Source: an uncultured Nitrospinota bacterium (GTDB lineage: Bacteria; Tectomicrobia; Entotheonellia; J063; CAVPRW01). Taken from it: a DNA stretch of 64,000 bases. The stretch covers positions 64,001-128,000 of the forward strand of contig CAVPRW010000037.1 in NCBI GenBank assembly GCA_963707985.1, written 5' to 3'. The position numbers were made by a program, and so were the translations under genes. The notes beneath the pieces were generated by a model that saw only the letters and a program-made list of their open reading frames with translations, did no database searches and had not been told where the DNA came from. Below are positions 42,513-52,548 of the stretch, piece by piece (position 1 is the first letter of the stretch; every line of letters starts with the position of its first letter).

Positions 42513-42556
42513 CGCTGTCGCAAGGGCAGGAGAGCAGACCAATGGCGATCGGGTGC

Positions 42557-43790
42557 TCACCACGGTTGTGAGCGGTCTGAGAATTCAGAGGGCGTAGCGA
42601 ATTGGACCTCCAGGATGGGGCGGATCTCCCAGTGCGCTGTGGTGGCCTGCAAGCGTTTCCCTCGTGAAGGCACAGGAGGGGATGCAGCGGGAACCGACAG
42701 CTGGCCCGTCAGTTGCACAAAGATCGGACGCTGCATGATCGAGCCGCGTAGCGATGGTTCCTGCTGCCGGAGCAGCTGCTGTCTGATGAAGGTCCGAACC
42801 GTCTGGAGCTGAGCCTGTCCGACTGGGGAACCTTGGGCCTGGTTTGGGGGAGGTACCGAGGCGACCAGCACCCGGGTTCCAGCCTGCCGGTTTGGGGTGA
42901 CGTACAGGTGGTACGTGCTGTCGGGGGCACGGGAGATCCGCTGGAGCCATCCGGTTACGTGCAGCATGTCTCCCACCTGGATGTCTGAGGGGGCTGACCC
43001 TGGAGATGGAGGCTCGGAATGTGTGGTCAGCCTTCTCGGGTGGCGCTTGGAGCGTAAGCAGGTCGGTCACGCTAACGGCTTTCGGCATCTCCACTGGATC
43101 AATTGGGCCTAACGTATCGCCCTGTCCGTTCACGTGTTGCGGCTGGTTGTGCGACTGGAACCGGGGAGAGAAACATCCCTCGGCTCCCCGATCGGGAGTT
43201 GATCGGCCGACCACGGGGGCACGGCTCCTTGGCGGTTGTCCGCTGTCGACCCGGAAGGCATGCGCCCAGAATCCGTAGGCCACCACCACTGCGATGCCGA
43301 TCAGGGGAGCCAACAGGGTGTACCATCCCCTGGATTGCGTCGGCGGCCGGTCGTAGAGCGCAGACAGCACGAGATATTCCCGGAGAGCGGCACAGCGGGT
43401 GGAGTGTACATCCACCGCTTCCTGCGCGAAGCTGAGCCGGGTGTCGTCGGTGCCTACTGGCCGTATACTGCCATGCGGCGTGGGCGGTTGGTGCTCGACG
43501 ATAATGGGGAAGAATGCCCCCTTGATGGCTTTACCATGGCGCAGGACACAGCAGCGATACTGCCAGGTTTGCCGGGTGGTCATCGTCGTGCGGACCTTGT
43601 ATTCCCCATGTTGACCAAAAGCGTGACTGAGAACCCCATGCTCTAAGAGCTCGGCAACCGCTTGCGCCTTTTTGTCATTACCGGGCGGGTGCCCGACCGG
43701 CGTATCAGGCCATGCCGCGAGGGATGACCGGGATGAGGAGCGTTCATCGAACGGTATGACAGTCATGACGACAGCCTCCCTGTGCGCCAA
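42557..43790 (-). CDS. Membrane-anchored hypothetical protein, frameshifted
   Basis: One TM segment (LAPLIGIAVVVAYGFW); C-terminal domain VTGWL...YHL...LTGQL...WEIRP in a second frame. Confidence 0.55.
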
Positions 43791-44349
43791 ATGTCGTGTG
43801 GCTGGAGATCGAGAGTCGCAACAGGACCCTCTTCGCCTAAAACGCTGTTACGTATGGCACTAGAGGCGTTGGGGGGCTAGGAGAGGATCAGCAGTTCGGT
43901 CTTACCAAAAAACGGGAATAGGCCGGTAGGACCGGCAAAGCCGGGCGTTCAGAGGATGGAAACAGACTGGCTTTCCTTTTCCGCATGGCAAGCTCCTTGT
44001 CCGCAGCAGTGTTCAGCACGGGGCGCATGAGCAGCCCAGGAAAGGTGAAGTAGAGTTAATATAGCAAACCAAACAGGTAGGTCAAGCACAACATGAATAT
44101 ATAATTCATCACCTATTAATATGAAAAATACGTTTTGAACAATATACATATTAATTATCTATCAATCCTGATCTGAATCATTTATCGTGCCAGGTGTGTC
44201 CTCTGGCGGGTCGTCGTGCCATGGATGCAACGCAAAGCACCCCCCGACCTCACCCCTGAGTCCCCCTCATGGTTCATCATCAAGCTTCTGCAGGAGCAGG
44301 ACCAGCTGTCGCGGAGGCCCTGCGCCACCATATCCCTGGCGCTGCGAGG

Positions 44350-45109
44350 TCACATCGAGGTGTAACCCCCGTCGACGGGCAGTGCAACCCCTGTGATGTA
44401 GTCGGAAGCAGGGCTAGCTAGGAAGACGGCGGCACCGGCGAGCTCATCGGGCTCACCCCAGCGTCCATGCGGAATGCGAGATTTAATAGAAGTTGTAGCG
44501 CTCTGCAGATGCAGAGGCCGTCAGGTCGGTGTGAATCCATCCAGGGAGTAGCGCATTGACTTGGATATTGTCCTTTGCCCAAAACACCGCCAGGCTCTTG
44601 GTGAACTGCACCACCCCACCCTTGGTCGCCCCATAGGCTGGAGAGACGTTGCTGCCGAAGATGGACGTCATGGAACCGATATTGATGATCTTGCCTCCTC
44701 CTGCCTGAGCCATGGATGGATATGCTGCTCGCGAGCACAAGAAGACCCCAGTGAGATTGGTGTTCAGGACCTGCTGCCACTCCATCAGCGTGTAGTCTTG
44801 TGGTGCTTTACGAATGTTGATACCAGCGTTATTGACGAGGATATCGATGCCGCCGAACGCCTTCACGGTGGCTTGCACCATCGCCTGTACCGAGGCTTCA
44901 TCCTGCACGTCCGTCACGACGCTCATGGCCTTGACGCCCAACGCATGCAGGGCTGCGACCGCCTGCGCGTTCTTCTCAGCACGACGTGCCGCGATGACGA
45001 TGTTCGCACCGGCTTGCCCCAGCCCTCGCGCTATGCCATAGCCAATGCCACCATTGCCGCCTGTCACAATCGCCCCTTTGCCGGTCAGATCAAAGTTTGC
45101 TGCCATCAT
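44350..45109 (-). CDS. SDR oxidoreductase (KduD-like), frameshift near 44485
   Basis: [18 protein letters not shown]-terminus GRWGEPDE...VDGGY in another frame. Confidence 0.9.
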
Positions 45110-45311
45110 CGGACTCCTGGTTTTGACTTTCGTTGCGCTCAAGATTACAGTAGGGCCTCCCTGACGCTGACACAAGACCGGATGAAACGATTTGTAGTTC
45201 TGACGCGTCAGGGGGTTGGTGCGGTTATCACTGCCGGGTGGATGTCGGTCTCTCCTGACAGGGACCTATCCGCCAATCAATCATTCAGCCTGTGCTGGGT
45301 CGGAGGATGCT

Positions 45312-46103
45312 ATGGGTTACGAGTATATCCTAGTCGAGAAGGAAAGCGGTGTAGCGATTCTCACCATGAATCGCCCAGCTCAACTTAACGCCATGAATCG
45401 GCAGTTGAGCTCAGAGTTGCATGATGCCGTCACGCAAATGGTGGCAGACGACGAAGTGGGTTGCATTGTCATTACGGGAGCGGGGCAACGCGCGTTTACG
45501 GCGGGCGGCGATATCCATGAGCAACGTGAGAACGATGTCGCCTTCACCCAGGAGGAATTGGATGCGCGCAGCGCCGTCCGGAGCCGAGGCAGCTATGAGA
45601 TCAGCGCCTGTCCCAAACCAACGATCGGCATGATGAACGGCCTGGCCTACGGAGGGGGCGCAGTTTTAGCGTCGTCGCTGGATATGCGGATCGGCTGTGA
45701 GAATACCCGCTTTCGCTTTCTAGCGGCTGCCTACGGCCGCATCAATAGCACCTGGACCCTGCCTAACCAGGTGGGCTGGCCGATCGCCAAGGAGCTTTTG
45801 TTCTCGGCCCGCATCGTCGAGGCGGAGGAGGCCTATCGTATTGGCTTGTTGAACCATTTGGTCCCATCCGCGCAACTGCGAGAGAAAACCATGGAGCTGG
45901 CGACGATGATCGCCGGCAACCGCAGCGACGCGGTCATGGGGGTCAAGGACCTGCTGCTCCGACAGATGGGCCGCAGTCTTGAGGAGCAATGGGTACTAGA
46001 ACGCGACTATACAAGGAATGTGGTACGAGGTGCAAAGGCTGAGGAGGCCTTTCCCGAGTTTATCGCTCGTAAAGGCAGGCCTCTACCACCTCAAAAGCCG
46101 TAA
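45312..46103 (+). CDS. Enoyl-CoA hydratase/isomerase family
   Basis: MNRPAQLNA, FTAGGD and AYGGG. Confidence 0.93.
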   Translation: MGYEYILVEKESGVAILTMNRPAQLNAMNRQLSSELHDAVTQMVADDEVGCIVITGAGQRAFTAGGDIHEQRENDVAFTQEELDARSAVRSRGSYEISACPKPTIGMMNGLAYGGGAVLASSLDMRIGCENTRFRFLAAAYGRINSTWTLPNQVGWPIAKELLFSARIVEAEEAYRIGLLNHLVPSAQLREKTMELATMIAGNRSDAVMGVKDLLLRQMGRSLEEQWVLERDYTRNVVRGAKAEEAFPEFIARKGRPLPPQKP

Positions 46104-46186
46104 CCCCTTGAGCTCTTTAGACCAGTGCTGAGAGCAAACATTCGGTAGGAACATTGAAATCGGAAAGCGTCTGACGAGCACATCGG

Positions 46187-46226
46187 CGGCAACCGAGAAC
46201 CGAGACATCCCGAGACTCGGTTGCCG
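46187..46226. terminator. Hairpin between convergent genes
   Basis: 11-bp stem CGGCAACCGAG/CTCGGTTGCCG; no U-tract. Confidence 0.4.
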
Positions 46227-46254
46227 AGCAGCACCTGTATGAGCGATCTACCGT

Positions 46255-47910
46255 CTATCCACCCGCACCCTCATCAAAGCGCGACCGGCGGGCCTCAAGA
46301 TTACTATGGACGTCGATCAATACGGTACGACCTTCCGCGTTCAGGCGTTGGGCCTGCTTGAGCGCGGGAGCGATGTCGTCCGGTCTGATGACCGTGATGC
46401 CGACCGCTCCCAGGCCCTCGGCGATCTTGGCATAGTCGCCGGTCATCTTGGTCACTTCGAACATTTGGCGGGCGGTGGGATAGCCGCCAGGGTAAGTGGC
46501 CATGTCACCATTGTTGAGGAGGATGGTGGTGATCGGTGCGCCGGCGCGGACAGAGGTTTCAATGTCCAAGCCGGACATGCCGAAGGCGCCATCGCCCATG
46601 AAGTTGAGGCAGAACTTGTCGGGCTTGGCGAGCTTAGTACCGATCATCAGCGGGATGCCATAGCCCAGGTGCGTCGTCTTGCCCCACCCAATATAGCTGT
46701 GCGGCACCGTGGCAGAATAGAACGGCATGATCGTGTCACGCGGAGCGCCAGCGTCGTGCGTGACGATGCTATGTTCCTTGTCGAGCGTGCGTTCCAACTC
46801 GCCGATGACTCGATACGTGTTGATGGGCATCTCATCAGAGTTCAGCAATCCCGTCCAAGAGGCCATCCACTTCTGCTTGATCTCGGCGATCTCGGCGGCG
46901 ACGTGGGTCTGTCCCTTGCGTCCGTTCGGGCCGAGCTGGGCCTTAACCTCCTCAATTAGCATGCGGATGGTCAGTTTGGTATCACCCGGCAGACCGACAT
47001 CGACGAAATAATCCTTGTCGATGTCCTGCAGGCTCTCCGTATTGTGGATCATGATTTTCCCAGTGGGGATGGGCTGACCGTAGCTGGTACGCGTCAGGCT
47101 TGAGCCCAGGGCCAGCAGGAGGTCAGATTCTTGAAGCCACTGGCGGGCTTGCAGGCTGGTGGAGGAACTGCCCGAGCCCAGCGCCAGGGGATGGCGTTCA
47201 TCGAATCCAGACTTACCGGGCATCGTGCAGTAGACGGGGATCTCTGTTAGCTCCGCCAGCTCTTGCAGCTCTGCTGAAGCGTCCGCCAGCAGCGTACCCA
47301 TCCCGGACCAGATGACGGGCTTGTGGGCCCCCAACAACAGCCGCACGGCATCCTTGACATCGCTTGCCGAAGGCGTTTGCGGATATCTCTTGGGAGACTG
47401 ATAGTGCATGGCCGCTTCGGCGACTTCCTGGGTGGCGACGTCGGCGGGGATCTCCACGATCACCGGTCCTGGGCGACCGTTACGCAAATGGTGAAACGCC
47501 CGTCGCATCACACTGGCAGCCATATCTGACTTCCAGACCACCTCGCTGTGGACAGAGACGGACTGATAGGTGCGCACGGGGGAGAAGTTCGGCTGCACCG
47601 AATGCTGGGCCAAAGCCGGACCGCCTGGGAGGTACAGGATGGGTACGTTATCGCCGAAGGCCTGAGCCAATCCGCCCATGGCGTTTTCAGATCCGGGTCC
47701 CCCCTGGGTGATCACGACGCCGAACTTCTGGCGGTTGTTCATACGGCTGTAGCCGTCGGCAGCCATGAGCGCCCCGCGTTCCTGCCGGAACATAATCGGC
47801 CGGATACCTTCCTTAGCGACAGCCTCGATTAAATTATTAGACGGGAAGCATGAGATCCACTCCACGCCTTCCGTCTTTAAGATACGTGCGATAACCTGCT
47901 GTGTATTCAT
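46255..47910 (-). CDS. Thiamine pyrophosphate-dependent enzyme (acetolactate synthase-like)
   Basis: RQER, MAADGYSR, GPG and GDG...NN motif. Confidence 0.93.
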   Translation of the reverse strand: MNTQQVIARILKTEGVEWISCFPSNNLIEAVAKEGIRPIMFRQERGALMAADGYSRMNNRQKFGVVITQGGPGSENAMGGLAQAFGDNVPILYLPGGPALAQHSVQPNFSPVRTYQSVSVHSEVVWKSDMAASVMRRAFHHLRNGRPGPVIVEIPADVATQEVAEAAMHYQSPKRYPQTPSASDVKDAVRLLLGAHKPVIWSGMGTLLADASAELQELAELTEIPVYCTMPGKSGFDERHPLALGSGSSSTSLQARQWLQESDLLLALGSSLTRTSYGQPIPTGKIMIHNTESLQDIDKDYFVDVGLPGDTKLTIRMLIEEVKAQLGPNGRKGQTHVAAEIAEIKQKWMASWTGLLNSDEMPINTYRVIGELERTLDKEHSIVTHDAGAPRDTIMPFYSATVPHSYIGWGKTTHLGYGIPLMIGTKLAKPDKFCLNFMGDGAFGMSGLDIETSVRAGAPITTILLNNGDMATYPGGYPTARQMFEVTKMTGDYAKIAEGLGAVGITVIRPDDIAPALKQAQRLNAEGRTVLIDVHSNLEARRSRFDEGAGG

Positions 47911-48333
47911 TCAGTCTCCTCCACAATCTCGTTGTGCAACTTCCCACATTTCACTGGTAATAGTGATATCATTCTTCGTTCATCCCGTCAGCATCATAGC
48001 AACCGCACACAAAAAAGGGAATCGCTCTGTCATAGGGCAGCACCACGGGGCATCATTCCACATATCGTCAAATGGAACACAGGCGGTTTCACGACGTGGG
48101 AGCAGAGCATAGGCGATTTGCTGGCACTTTACAAGAGGGACTGTCTTCAGAAACGCAACCAGAGCGCCACGAAGGGCCGTGGGCAAGGCTACGCCATTGG
48201 GAACCGAAGCAGACGGTGACCACGTGACACATGCACCGCAGACTTCCCGCTCTCCGCATGGCACGGCGCACCCCCGCCCAGCCATCCCGCTCGATGGCAG
48301 GTCCGGGCAGGGGTACATATGTGGCGTCCCAAA

Positions 48334-48876
48334 CTATGTACCTTCAAAACTGGCTAAAGAGGGGCCGTTGTAGTGGTAGTCCGCGCGATAGGCCTGCATC
48401 AGCGCTCGCATATCTTGCCGGAGCTCCTCCAGCGTCGGCCGTCCAACGAACCACCAACCATCGTAGATCGCATGGATTTTTAGATCTGGTCCCAGGGAAA
48501 AGGCATAGGGAAGCGCAACTAAGCCGTATTTGAAATCGGGTGGCGTCACTTCAACCATATCGAGCTGTCGGATGGCACGACGCTCGTGATCACTGAGGAA
48601 TGTAAAGGTCGCCCCGAGTCCTGCTCGAAAGGCCGCGCTGATGTCTGGTGGATCGGTACTGACAACTGCCAGCTTACAGTAGTTGACCTGCAAGTCCTCC
48701 TGCAATTCGAGGAAGCGCCGCACCTGGCGCGCGCATTTCGGTCACCAATAGCCGCGGTAGAAGCTCACGATCAGCGGAAAACCACCGGCCAGTTCCGACA
48801 AGGTGACGAGTTGATGCCGATGATCAGAAAGCGTTAAATCGGGAAATCGCTTGCCCACCACGAGATCCGGATGCAT
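48334..48876 (-). CDS. Selenocysteine-containing peroxiredoxin-like redoxin (AhpC/TSA fold), UxxC
   Basis: Two track ORFs in one frame joined by TGA at 48742-48744: FYRGYW-U-PKC; 180 aa. Confidence 0.88.
48715..48730 (-). promoter_or_regulatory. Bacterial SECIS-like hairpin
   Basis: GCGCC-AGGTGC-GGCGC starting 11 nt after the UGA. Confidence 0.75.
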
Positions 48877-48931
48877 GCGTGTCTCCTTTCCGAGCGGCCC
48901 TGGGCGAAGCCCATGGCGTTGAGAATCTCTC

Positions 48932-49927
48932 CTAGAGTGGCCGGAACAACGCCAGCAGAAACCAGCGTCGGGCGTCAAACCAGGTGCGACGTAGCACGAG
49001 ATTGGCCTGGTATCCTAAATCACGGACTTCGTCAACGCTATACTTATACGAACTTTCCGTATGAATCGTTTCATCCTTGTCAAACGACACCACTTGTTCG
49101 AGCTCGACAATGGGAACGCGCTGAGCTCGTCGACTGCGGAGGTGCATCTCGATACAACCCTGTGCATCGTTGTAGAGGGCTAGGTGCTCAAAGCTCTGTA
49201 GGTCGAACCGTCCGCCAAGCTCATGATTAATGCGGTGGAGGACATTGAGGTTGAACGCTGCCGTGACACCCTGGGCGTCGTCATAGGCAGGTAGGAGAAT
49301 CGCTGGCGATTTTTTCAAGTCGATGCCCAGGAGAAAGGCGTCCTCAGGCCCCAGTATGGCGGCCATACGCTGGAGGAACTCGGCGCTCTCGGCAGGCGTG
49401 AAGTTCCCCAGACTCGAACCGAAAAAGGCCACGGCTTTCTGCTCTAGCTGGAACGCCTGAATAACCTCCGGTTGCCCCGAGAAGTCGGCGTGCATGGCAC
49501 GAATCTCAGCATAGCTGTATTCCTGCAGCAGGCGGTTGGCTGTGTCCCACAAAACCTCTCGAGCAATATCGACTGGGCAATAGGAAAACGGTCGTCCGGC
49601 CCATTCATACGCGTCGAGGAGGTAACGGGTTTTGGTGGCGCTTCCAGACCCGAGCTCCACCAGCGCCAGGTGACCGATGTCGGCATGAATCTGCGCGGCA
49701 TAGGTGCTGAGAATCTCCTGTTCCGCCCGGTATGGATAGTACTCGGGCAACGCACAAATTTGCTCGTACAGTTGGGAGCCGCGCGCGTCATACAAGTACT
49801 TCGGCGGCAGCCATTTTTGTGGGGCGGCAAGCCCATGGGCTACGTCCCGCCCAAAGAGGTGTCGGTTCAGGCGTACATCCATATCATAAAACTGGAGTCG
49901 TTTATTGGCGAGTTCCTTGGTCGGCAT
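48932..49927 (-). CDS. egtD: L-histidine N-alpha-trimethyltransferase
   Basis: PKYLYD, LPEYY, ELGSG, AYDDAQGVTAAFN and IHTESSYK. Confidence 0.95.
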   Translation of the reverse strand: MPTKELANKRLQFYDMDVRLNRHLFGRDVAHGLAAPQKWLPPKYLYDARGSQLYEQICALPEYYPYRAEQEILSTYAAQIHADIGHLALVELGSGSATKTRYLLDAYEWAGRPFSYCPVDIAREVLWDTANRLLQEYSYAEIRAMHADFSGQPEVIQAFQLEQKAVAFFGSSLGNFTPAESAEFLQRMAAILGPEDAFLLGIDLKKSPAILLPAYDDAQGVTAAFNLNVLHRINHELGGRFDLQSFEHLALYNDAQGCIEMHLRSRRAQRVPIVELEQVVSFDKDETIHTESSYKYSVDEVRDLGYQANLVLRRTWFDARRWFLLALFRPL

Positions 49928-50083
49928 GGCTGTCCTTTACCGCAGTCGCATCTGCATTGTTATGGGGGGCACCTTGGAACGGCGTCATCCGATTCGTGCT
50001 GACTCCTTTATCATGCCGTTGCGGCTATTGCACGCCCGCATCAAAAGCGTGGAGGCCCTCAGGCGGCTGGATGGGCATAGGGC

Positions 50084-51406
50084 TTACTGTCGAATCGTCC
50101 TGGCGAGCCGGAGCCCCATAAATTGCCAACGGGCATCGGCAGGAAAAAAGTTGCGATAGCTTGGCCGAATATGTGAGACCGAGGTGGCACACGATCCACC
50201 GCGCAGTACGAACTGGTTCGCCATAAATTTGCCGTTATACTCTCCGAGCGTACCCGGTGCTGGAGTGTACCCTGGATAGGGGGAATAGTGACTCTGGGTC
50301 CACTCCCAGACATCCCCGAACATCTGGGCCAGTGGCACAGTATGATCGGTCTGGCCCAGGGGGACCGGATGGAAGGTCTGTTGGTCGACGAAATTGCCGC
50401 TGATCGGCAGAGATATCGCCGCGACCTCCCATTCGACCTCGGTGGGTAGGCGCGCACCAGCCCATCGCGCATAGGCATCCGCTTCATAGTAACTGACGTG
50501 ACAGACGGGTTCGGCTTCCTGGACGACTTGCATTCCCGCAAGCGTCAGCATCCACCAACGACCATGCTGCTGCTCCCAATATAGCGGGGCCTTCCATCCT
50601 TCGCGCTGGACCGTGTCCCACCCCATCGAAAGCCATAGCTCCGGCCGTTCATACCCACCGTCGGCCATGAAGGCCAAAAACTCCCTATTGGTGACGAGGC
50701 ATGATGCCAAGTGAAAGGGCTCGATAAAGCTCCGATGCCTCGGGGATTCATTATCAAAAGCAAATCCCTGACCATCATGGCCAATCCAGTACACCCCCTC
50801 GGGAAAGCTCACCCACTGTGGTGCGCACCCTACCTGGGCAGGGCGCGCGTTGTTAGCAACCACATACGCTGGTCGCAAAGGATTGCAGGAAAAATTGTAT
50901 TTCAGATCGGTTAAGAGCAACTCTTGATGCTGTTGCTCATGCTGCAGGCCGAGCTCGACAATAGGAGACCAGATAGCGAGCAGATCGTCACCTAAACCCT
51001 CCAAAAAGGCCGTTATCTGCTGGTCGACATAGGCTCGATAGCGATAAATCTCCTCGACGGTCGGACGCGACAGCAGCCCCCGTTTTGGCCGGCTATGTCT
51101 CTCACCAGCCCCCACGTAATAGGAATTGAACAGATACGCATAGGAAGCATGGGGCGATCGATAGGTTGGATCAGCCGAGGCCAGCACAAACGTTTCGAAA
51201 AACCAACTCGTATGCGCCAGATGCCACTTCGGGGGGCTCACATCTGGCATGGCTTGAATGACATAATCTTCGGTCACGAGAGGCTGGCAAAGACACTCGG
51301 TAAACTGTCGCACCTGATGGTACCGTCTGATGAGTGTCTCCTGGGGGGAAGGTTCCCTGGAGATGGAGGAGGTTATCGCATCGTGGGCACTTTGAGAAAA
51401 GGGCAC
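50084..51406 (-). CDS. egtB: Ergothioneine sulfoxide synthase (DinB + FGE-sulfatase domains)
   Basis: SPPKWHLAH, FNSYY, HEQQHQE, EYNGKFM and YRNFF. Confidence 0.95.
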   Translation of the reverse strand: MPFSQSAHDAITSSISREPSPQETLIRRYHQVRQFTECLCQPLVTEDYVIQAMPDVSPPKWHLAHTSWFFETFVLASADPTYRSPHASYAYLFNSYYVGAGERHSRPKRGLLSRPTVEEIYRYRAYVDQQITAFLEGLGDDLLAIWSPIVELGLQHEQQHQELLLTDLKYNFSCNPLRPAYVVANNARPAQVGCAPQWVSFPEGVYWIGHDGQGFAFDNESPRHRSFIEPFHLASCLVTNREFLAFMADGGYERPELWLSMGWDTVQREGWKAPLYWEQQHGRWWMLTLAGMQVVQEAEPVCHVSYYEADAYARWAGARLPTEVEWEVAAISLPISGNFVDQQTFHPVPLGQTDHTVPLAQMFGDVWEWTQSHYSPYPGYTPAPGTLGEYNGKFMANQFVLRGGSCATSVSHIRPSYRNFFPADARWQFMGLRLARTIRQ

Positions 51407-51746
51407 GTTCCTCTCCTCTTCCGCATTGTCTTCAACCTCGGACCCTGTTACTTCACATCCGGTGGGTGACTATGTCTCCCCCTTGTTGACACCACGCATA
51501 CCGTTGAAGCCCTGCCTTGAACCTGCCTAAGTGATCTTGCCAGGGTGCGGGGCACTGGCGATGTTCTGAAAATTGCTAGCAGGGAAGCTATTATACCGCA
51601 AGTTAGCGGCATGCTTGCCTGAATTCTCCGTATGCTCTACACTTGGGTTACTATGGACAACTATACAGCAGTTTTCCGGTTTTTGCCCAGGCTGGAGCTT
51701 TCCGCATGATCTCTCGCCTGTGAGGCCGTTGCTGGGAAATGGCTCT

Positions 51747-52421
51747 TCAGGCTTTTGAAGCGTGCACGAGGGATAGCAACTCCCCAAACGTGTCGATCAC
51801 ATAGTCCGGTGCACAATGCAACAGAGCATCTTGCCCGCCGAAGCCATAGGTGACGGCACAGGTCACGACGCCAGACGCCTTTCCCGCCAGAATGTCGGCG
51901 GGGGTATCGCCAACCATCAAGGCCTGCGGAGGGGCACAGTGTAGGGCGGCGAGGGCCGCGAGCACGGTGTCGGGGGCGGGCTTGAGGCGCAGATCGGGGG
52001 TACCGCCCTGGATGTGCCGAAAAAAGGGACTGAGGCCAAGCCGTCGCAAGACGATCTCCGCTTCCGCTGGCTCTTTGGTGGTGACGATGCCGAGCGTGAA
52101 GGTGGCCAATGCCTGTAAGGTATCGATGACCCCAGGGTATAATTGTGTGAAACAGGCGTCCTGCTGGGCATAGGTGTGACGGTAAGCAGTCAGGAAGGCA
52201 CCGGTCAACGCAGGAGACAACGGCCCCCCGAGCTCCCAGAGCATCTCGGCGAGGGGCTTTCCAATGTGGTGGCCAATCGCTGAGGCACTGGGCGGGGTGC
52301 CATCGATCACGGTCCGCCAGGCGTGCTGAAAGGCTGTGGCGATGTCCAACCGGGAGTCCACTAGCGTGCCATCCAGGTCACACAAGATCGTCGTGATGGT
52401 GCGGTTCTCACCCCGCTGCAC
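51747..52421 (-). CDS. HAD-superfamily phosphatase (Gph-like)
   Basis: DLDGTLVDS, KPAPD and MVGDTPAD; GTG start with GAGGA RBS. Confidence 0.92.
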   Translation of the reverse strand: MQRGENRTITTILCDLDGTLVDSRLDIATAFQHAWRTVIDGTPPSASAIGHHIGKPLAEMLWELGGPLSPALTGAFLTAYRHTYAQQDACFTQLYPGVIDTLQALATFTLGIVTTKEPAEAEIVLRRLGLSPFFRHIQGGTPDLRLKPAPDTVLAALAALHCAPPQALMVGDTPADILAGKASGVVTCAVTYGFGGQDALLHCAPDYVIDTFGELLSLVHASKA

Positions 52422-52548
52422 TTTCCTCTCCCCGTGCGCACCCGTTACTCTCGTCGGAACGAGTGATGACACTCCGGTGATCGACGACCACTTCAGAGCT
52501 GGTGACACCGTCAAAGTCACAACCTATTCCCGTCGACCCAGGTGACTC

